Assembly (NCBI GenBank): GCA_965205485.1
Contig: OZ242180.1
Coordinates: 4,416,001 to 4,480,000 of the forward strand
DNA from: Candidatus Latescibacterota bacterium
GTDB taxonomy: Bacteria > Latescibacterota > UBA2968 > GCA-2709665
Direction of reading: 5' to 3'
Length of the DNA stretch: 64,000 bases
Shown: positions 59,963 through 64,000 of the stretch, piece by piece
How positions within the stretch are numbered: position 1 is the first letter of the stretch
How the letters are laid out: every line of letters starts with the position of its first letter
Translations under genes and position numbers: made by a program
The notes under the pieces: generated by a model
What the model saw: the letters and a program-made list of their open reading frames with translations, nothing else
Databases searched by the model: none
What the model was told of the DNA's origin: nothing

Positions 59963-60918
59963 TTATCCTACAAACTCGCCCAGATGAGGCGCGAAAACTC
60001 GCTTGAATTCCAAGAGATTCGAAATCAGCCAGTCTGTGATTTCGCCCCGGGTCTTTTCGTCGTCGTCAATGCTCCCTCGCCGAGAAAGACTGACGCGACT
60101 GGCTTGTCTATGGTCCAAACGTTCCCAGAAGAGATCGTCTCCTAGTTCGGTTTCGATTCGCTCCTTTCTATCGAAAAGCTGATCAAACAAGGTTTTGTTC
60201 CAATCCTTGTCGTTCGAGTTAATGTAAACTTCAACCCTTACTGTTTCACCTTGACCGAAGCAGGCACCGAACTGTACACGTTGTCCATATCCCCCTGAGA
60301 ACAGATACCAGCTCTGTGGCTGGGCTTTGATAACGTTTGTGAACTCTAGCTCTCTAAGTCTATCAATCAGGATTTGGAAAAACGCCTTATACCGCAGGTT
60401 TCTGTCCGAAGTATTGCCCAATCGTTTCGCTTCAGTGGCTTCACGCTGCCACTCGTTTGGTGTCGAAACCAGATTGAAGTACGGTGCGGGCCGAGAGCCG
60501 TCAATGGTCCATACTTCGACAACAACGCCATAAAATTCCGTTTCCTGGCCGGTACGTTGGTTCAACCAGTCAATGGCTTGCCTGTGTTCGTCCCTGAATT
60601 CCTTAGCTACCCAAATTATCACCTGTGCATCATACCCGCACGCGTAAGTGAGGAGTTTTCCCAAATGATCATGGTCTGTTGGCTGCAATTGATTCTCAAT
60701 TATGACTGTGCGGTTTGTTCCTGAATCGAGAGCCAGCAGATCTAGTGAAAAAGCACCGACCCGCGCTTCTCGAGATTGCAATTCCAGATCCAGCCCCAAG
60801 ACCTCGCCAAGTTCAGATATGTTGTCCGCAAGCCAAGGTGTGAAGTCTTTGCTTTCATTCGGCCAAGCCGCGCGCAGCTCAGCCTTTTGAAGTGTCCAAG
60901 TCCTGACGAATCCGGCAT
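59963..60918 (-). CDS. DUF4268-domain protein with PD-(D/E)xK-like N-terminus; 1-nt deletion near 60896
   Basis: AWPNE..FTPWL, DLLA, IIENQL, DHDHLGKLLTY; AAGGAGG-N6-ATG at 60918 is out of frame with the body; lower GC than flanks. Confidence 0.75.
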
Positions 60919-60985
60919 GGTTGTCCTCCTTCAAATCGATATCGTGTAAATCTCTAGTGATTGCGGAGCATCGAAACGCGGTCAT

Positions 60986-61076
60986 TGAGCTTGTCGAAAT
61001 GCCCGCGTTTCACTACTTGATGGTACTCTTCAACGACCGTCGCCGACCCTTCGACAAGCTCAGGGAGCGGCTCAGG
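60986..61076. repeat. REP-like inverted pair TGAGCTTGTCGAA / TTCGACAAGCTCA
   Basis: Perfect 13-bp inverted repeat at 60986-60998 and 61050-61062. Confidence 0.75.
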
Positions 61077-61516
61077 TCGTAGGTGCCATCACCACCGGAC
61101 GACCGAAACCTGACAGTCAGATTTAATGACAATATAGCTCTACACTCTTTATTATTTCTGACCGAACGGCGCGTTTCTCGGTGTACTACCAGACGGGAAG
61201 AACTTACGCCTTCACTGTACCATCGTCAAGCCGATTTACCGCAACAATCGTAGACCCGCGGATTTGCTGATCTTCGTGGTACACAACGAAAATAGCATTG
61301 CTATGAAGGATAATTTATCATTCACTAAAGGAGAACCTTGGAACTATCCGTTTTCGTCACGAACTCGCTCCCGCCATCTCGGGCAGGATAGAATAGAACG
61401 ACTATCTCCTGAATACGGGATCGAGAAGCTGAACGACGTGGATCTTCATGACGATACCAAACACAAGGTGGCCGTTCGGATTGAGAACATCTGACGCCGG
61501 TGAGGAGCGGATTAAG

Positions 61517-61984
61517 ATGCAACGGGAATTCATGGAAAGAGCGATAGAACTCTCACGAATTCAGATGCGGACACGACGAGGCGGCCCTTTCGGCGCCGTC
61601 GTCGTGAAGGGCGGCCGGATTATCGCCGAAGGATCCAACGAGGTGATCGCCCGCAACGATCCGACCGCCCACGCGGAGATCGTGGCGATCAGGAAAGCGG
61701 GGTCGCGACTGCACGCATTTCACCTGGACGGATGTGAAATCTATGCCAGTTGCGAGCCATGCCCGATGTGCCTGGCCGCCATCTACTGGGCAAGGATCGA
61801 GAAGATTTACTTCGCCAATTCCGCCGAGGACGCAATGGAAATCGGTTTCGACGACGAATACTTCTACCGGGAGATACAACTACCGAAGACACAACGGCGA
61901 ATCCCATCCCGTCAATTCATGCGGGACGAAGCGCTGCCGGTCTTTCGTGAATGGCACAATATGGACGACCGAATCGAATATTAG
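61517..61984 (+). CDS. Nucleoside/guanine deaminase (cytidine-deaminase fold)
   Basis: GGPFGAVV, NDPTAHAE, SCEPCPMC..AIYWA, GFDD, C-terminal Tyr. Confidence 0.9.
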   Translation: MQREFMERAIELSRIQMRTRRGGPFGAVVVKGGRIIAEGSNEVIARNDPTAHAEIVAIRKAGSRLHAFHLDGCEIYASCEPCPMCLAAIYWARIEKIYFANSAEDAMEIGFDDEYFYREIQLPKTQRRIPSRQFMRDEALPVFREWHNMDDRIEY

Positions 61985-62019
61985 GTTTTCCGAAGGAAGT
62001 TCCAATCCTTGACAACCGC

Positions 62020-62170
62020 AGGCTGTACGAAGTTTAAAAAGAGCGGCGAGTCTGTTTATCCCGAAGACGCGCCGCTCCTGATTTTCCCTTGAGGTCAATT
62101 ATAGTTCGATCCGGAGGTTGTACGAGAACAAGAGCGGCGATCTGCCCGAGACGCCCGCTTGTTTGCTTTC
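62020..62170. terminator. Two related terminator-like hairpins between convergent genes
   Basis: gagcggcg..cgccgctc and agcggcga..cccgct, each followed by T-rich sequence. Confidence 0.5.
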
Positions 62171-62216
62171 TATCCAAGGCTGCGCCGCCGGGTCGATCGG
62201 ATACCCCCTGATCGAG

Positions 62217-62675
62217 CTAATCCATTTCAGGTTGTCCAGCGCCGAGACCCGGATGCCGGTACGTGTACAGAAAGCCGATTAAACCAAGCTGGATGAGGGC
62301 GCCGGGCGCCAGTACCGGGAGGGCGCCGTGCGCCGACCTGGATATCAGGTCCCAGCCGCTTAGCTTCGAATACATCTCCAATTCGAAATCCAGGTTCGCA
62401 TCGAAGTGAATCCAGACACCCACGATCCCGACCAGCACGAACGCCAGCATCGCCAGCCGGAACAACCGCAGGACAACTGGCCCCTTAAAGACCAGATGCA
62501 CCGCCTGCAAAATGAGACCCAGTCCCAGAAGCGCCAGAGGCACCTGTTGCCGCCACTCCTTGAAATGCTCCAGCAGAAGCAATTCAGCGACCAGCCCGGC
62601 GCTTCCAAGGATGAAGATCAACAGGAGGCCCTGCCGCAAGGTGCCTCTGCCGCGTCGTCTGATTGCGTCTGTCAT
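62217..62675 (-). CDS. Hypothetical membrane protein (about 4 TM)
   Basis: Hydrophobic segments; ELLLLEH, H..N..FELE, PVLAPG. Confidence 0.75.
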   Translation of the reverse strand: MTDAIRRRGRGTLRQGLLLIFILGSAGLVAELLLLEHFKEWRQQVPLALLGLGLILQAVHLVFKGPVVLRLFRLAMLAFVLVGIVGVWIHFDANLDFELEMYSKLSGWDLISRSAHGALPVLAPGALIQLGLIGFLYTYRHPGLGAGQPEMD

Positions 62676-62751
62676 TATCCGGACTCTTCGCTTCGGGTCC
62701 GCAATTCGTCACGAGGAGGACACGTCATATAGGGCTCGCCCGACCTTCAGG

Positions 62752-63630
62752 TCAAGGTACGCCATATAACGCGAACGAAAAATTCGGCGCCGGATCCACC
62801 AGGCCGGATCTCTCGTTCAGGTACCGGCGTTTCTGCTCGCGGGCCGGGAGGTCTTCCAGTTCCGCAAAGCCGAACCCGGACATCACGTCCTTCAACTCCT
62901 CCGGCATGAACGTGGACAGCATCGGCTCTCCTCGACGCGCCACGAAGCGGTCCAGTCTATCGGCGAACGGGAGGCTTTCCGCAGGAACGAGGTTCCTATC
63001 CAGCTTATAGTCCAGAACCAGGCGGCTGCCGGGGGCAACAACGCCGACGACACGACCCAGCGTCTCACGTATCGCGTCTTTTGAGAGATAGTAGGTCGTA
63101 CCCAGCCAGGAAAAGAACGACGGCGTCAGAGGATCGAACCCAGCTTTAGCAAGCGCTTCGTCAAGGCGATCGGTTTCAAAGTCGATGGGAACGAACACCA
63201 GATTCGCTGGAATCTCACCAAAGACCTTCAGCACCCTTTCGCGCTTCATTTCCTGAGTCGCAGGATGATCCAGTTCATATATCCGCAAACTGTCCGAACC
63301 CGCGTCCTGGCGCATGGAAAACGTATCCAGTCCGGCCCCGAGAATGACGTACTGCGTGACGCCCGCGCCCACGGCGTCCATAAGGCGGTCTTCGGCATAT
63401 CGGGACCGCAGCACGATTTCGGTGTGTATCGGACGAAACGCGCGGAACACCGTGTGAACGGTTATCCAGCTTGACAGGCGGTGCCTGGCAATCCCCCGCC
63501 AGAATCCCGAAATCATGTCAAATGCGTAGGTATCCGCGAAGATCGGCGACGCGTGCCAGCGGCAATGATACGCGCGCACGCATGCCGCCAGGTTCGCCGT
63601 CCTGCTGGCCCTGTTCGCCTGCGATGTCAT
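62752..63630 (-). CDS. SAM-dependent methyltransferase (LCM/TIGR00027 family)
   Basis: RTA..RA.H, QYVILGAGLDT, ELDHP, FVPIDF, SWLGTTYYL. Confidence 0.92.
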   Translation of the reverse strand: MTSQANRASRTANLAACVRAYHCRWHASPIFADTYAFDMISGFWRGIARHRLSSWITVHTVFRAFRPIHTEIVLRSRYAEDRLMDAVGAGVTQYVILGAGLDTFSMRQDAGSDSLRIYELDHPATQEMKRERVLKVFGEIPANLVFVPIDFETDRLDEALAKAGFDPLTPSFFSWLGTTYYLSKDAIRETLGRVVGVVAPGSRLVLDYKLDRNLVPAESLPFADRLDRFVARRGEPMLSTFMPEELKDVMSGFGFAELEDLPAREQKRRYLNERSGLVDPAPNFSFALYGVP

Positions 63631-63676
63631 TCCCGACTGATCTGAAGCCACTCGACACCTCGTTCGCGATAACAAT

Positions 63677-64000
63677 CTACGCGGATTTCCCGTCCACGAA
63701 TCTGGCCAGGACCAGGCCGGCAAGAGTCCATGCGATCAGCGTATCCAGAATGATCACGAGCGTGTACGACGTGGAGAAGCCGAACCAGTTCCAATACGGA
63801 AAGTGGCTTACGAATCCGATGGCCACGCCCGCGAGCGCCACGAAGCGGACACGTCCCCAGTAGTCCAGGTTCGACGTCTTGCACAGAAGAAGAAGGACGA
63901 GCAGCGCGGAGATCGCCTGACCAAGTACGGCGACGACCATCATCCCACCCATGCCCGATTCAACGCCGTCGGGCAAGACGTTCGCGAGTGCGAACAACAC
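63677..64000 (-). CDS. Membrane protein, 5' end outside window
   Basis: Three TM segments, YWNWFGF. Confidence 0.7.
   Translation of the reverse strand: MLFALANVLPDGVESGMGGMMVVAVLGQAISALLVLLLLCKTSNLDYWGRVRFVALAGVAIGFVSHFPYWNWFGFSTSYTLVIILDTLIAWTLAGLVLARFVDGKSA

Noticed and set aside
61100..61510. Purine riboswitch or 76-aa ORF upstream of the deaminase
   Set aside because: No recognisable aptamer core; the ORF has no motif support and may be a remnant

Overview
GC-rich bacterial chromosomal window. The abundance of PhyH, Gfo/Idh/MocA, sulfatase, NHL and LRR genes suggests a Latescibacterota/Gemmatimonadota/Poribacteria-like organism, possibly a sponge symbiont MAG (inference only). Left to right: a large secreted modular DUF285/BspA leucine-rich-repeat protein running off the left edge; mraY-amidohydrolase-ggt; a short metG behind a candidate Met-codon leader-peptide attenuator; hrcA-grpE-dnaJ without dnaK or CIRCE; glnA; guaA; many catabolic enzymes; an SBP56 gene; a MaoC/CitE/CoA-transferase trio; an NHL/large OMP/Omp85 operon; dapL; a MazEF-type TA pair; a decayed insertion remnant; and several MITE/REP families. 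No rRNA, tRNA, CRISPR array, transposase, integrase or reverse transcriptase was recognised. Best novelty candidates: (1) an unannotated 52-codon leader (MCMM) with alternative hairpins and a terminator upstream of metG; (2) the DUF285 array with constant DNA framework, hypervariable codons and indels confined to variable positions; (3) a non-CIRCE palindrome and an SD-sequestering hairpin upstream of hrcA. All calls are by eye, without database searches. Several single-base frameshifts may be assembly errors.
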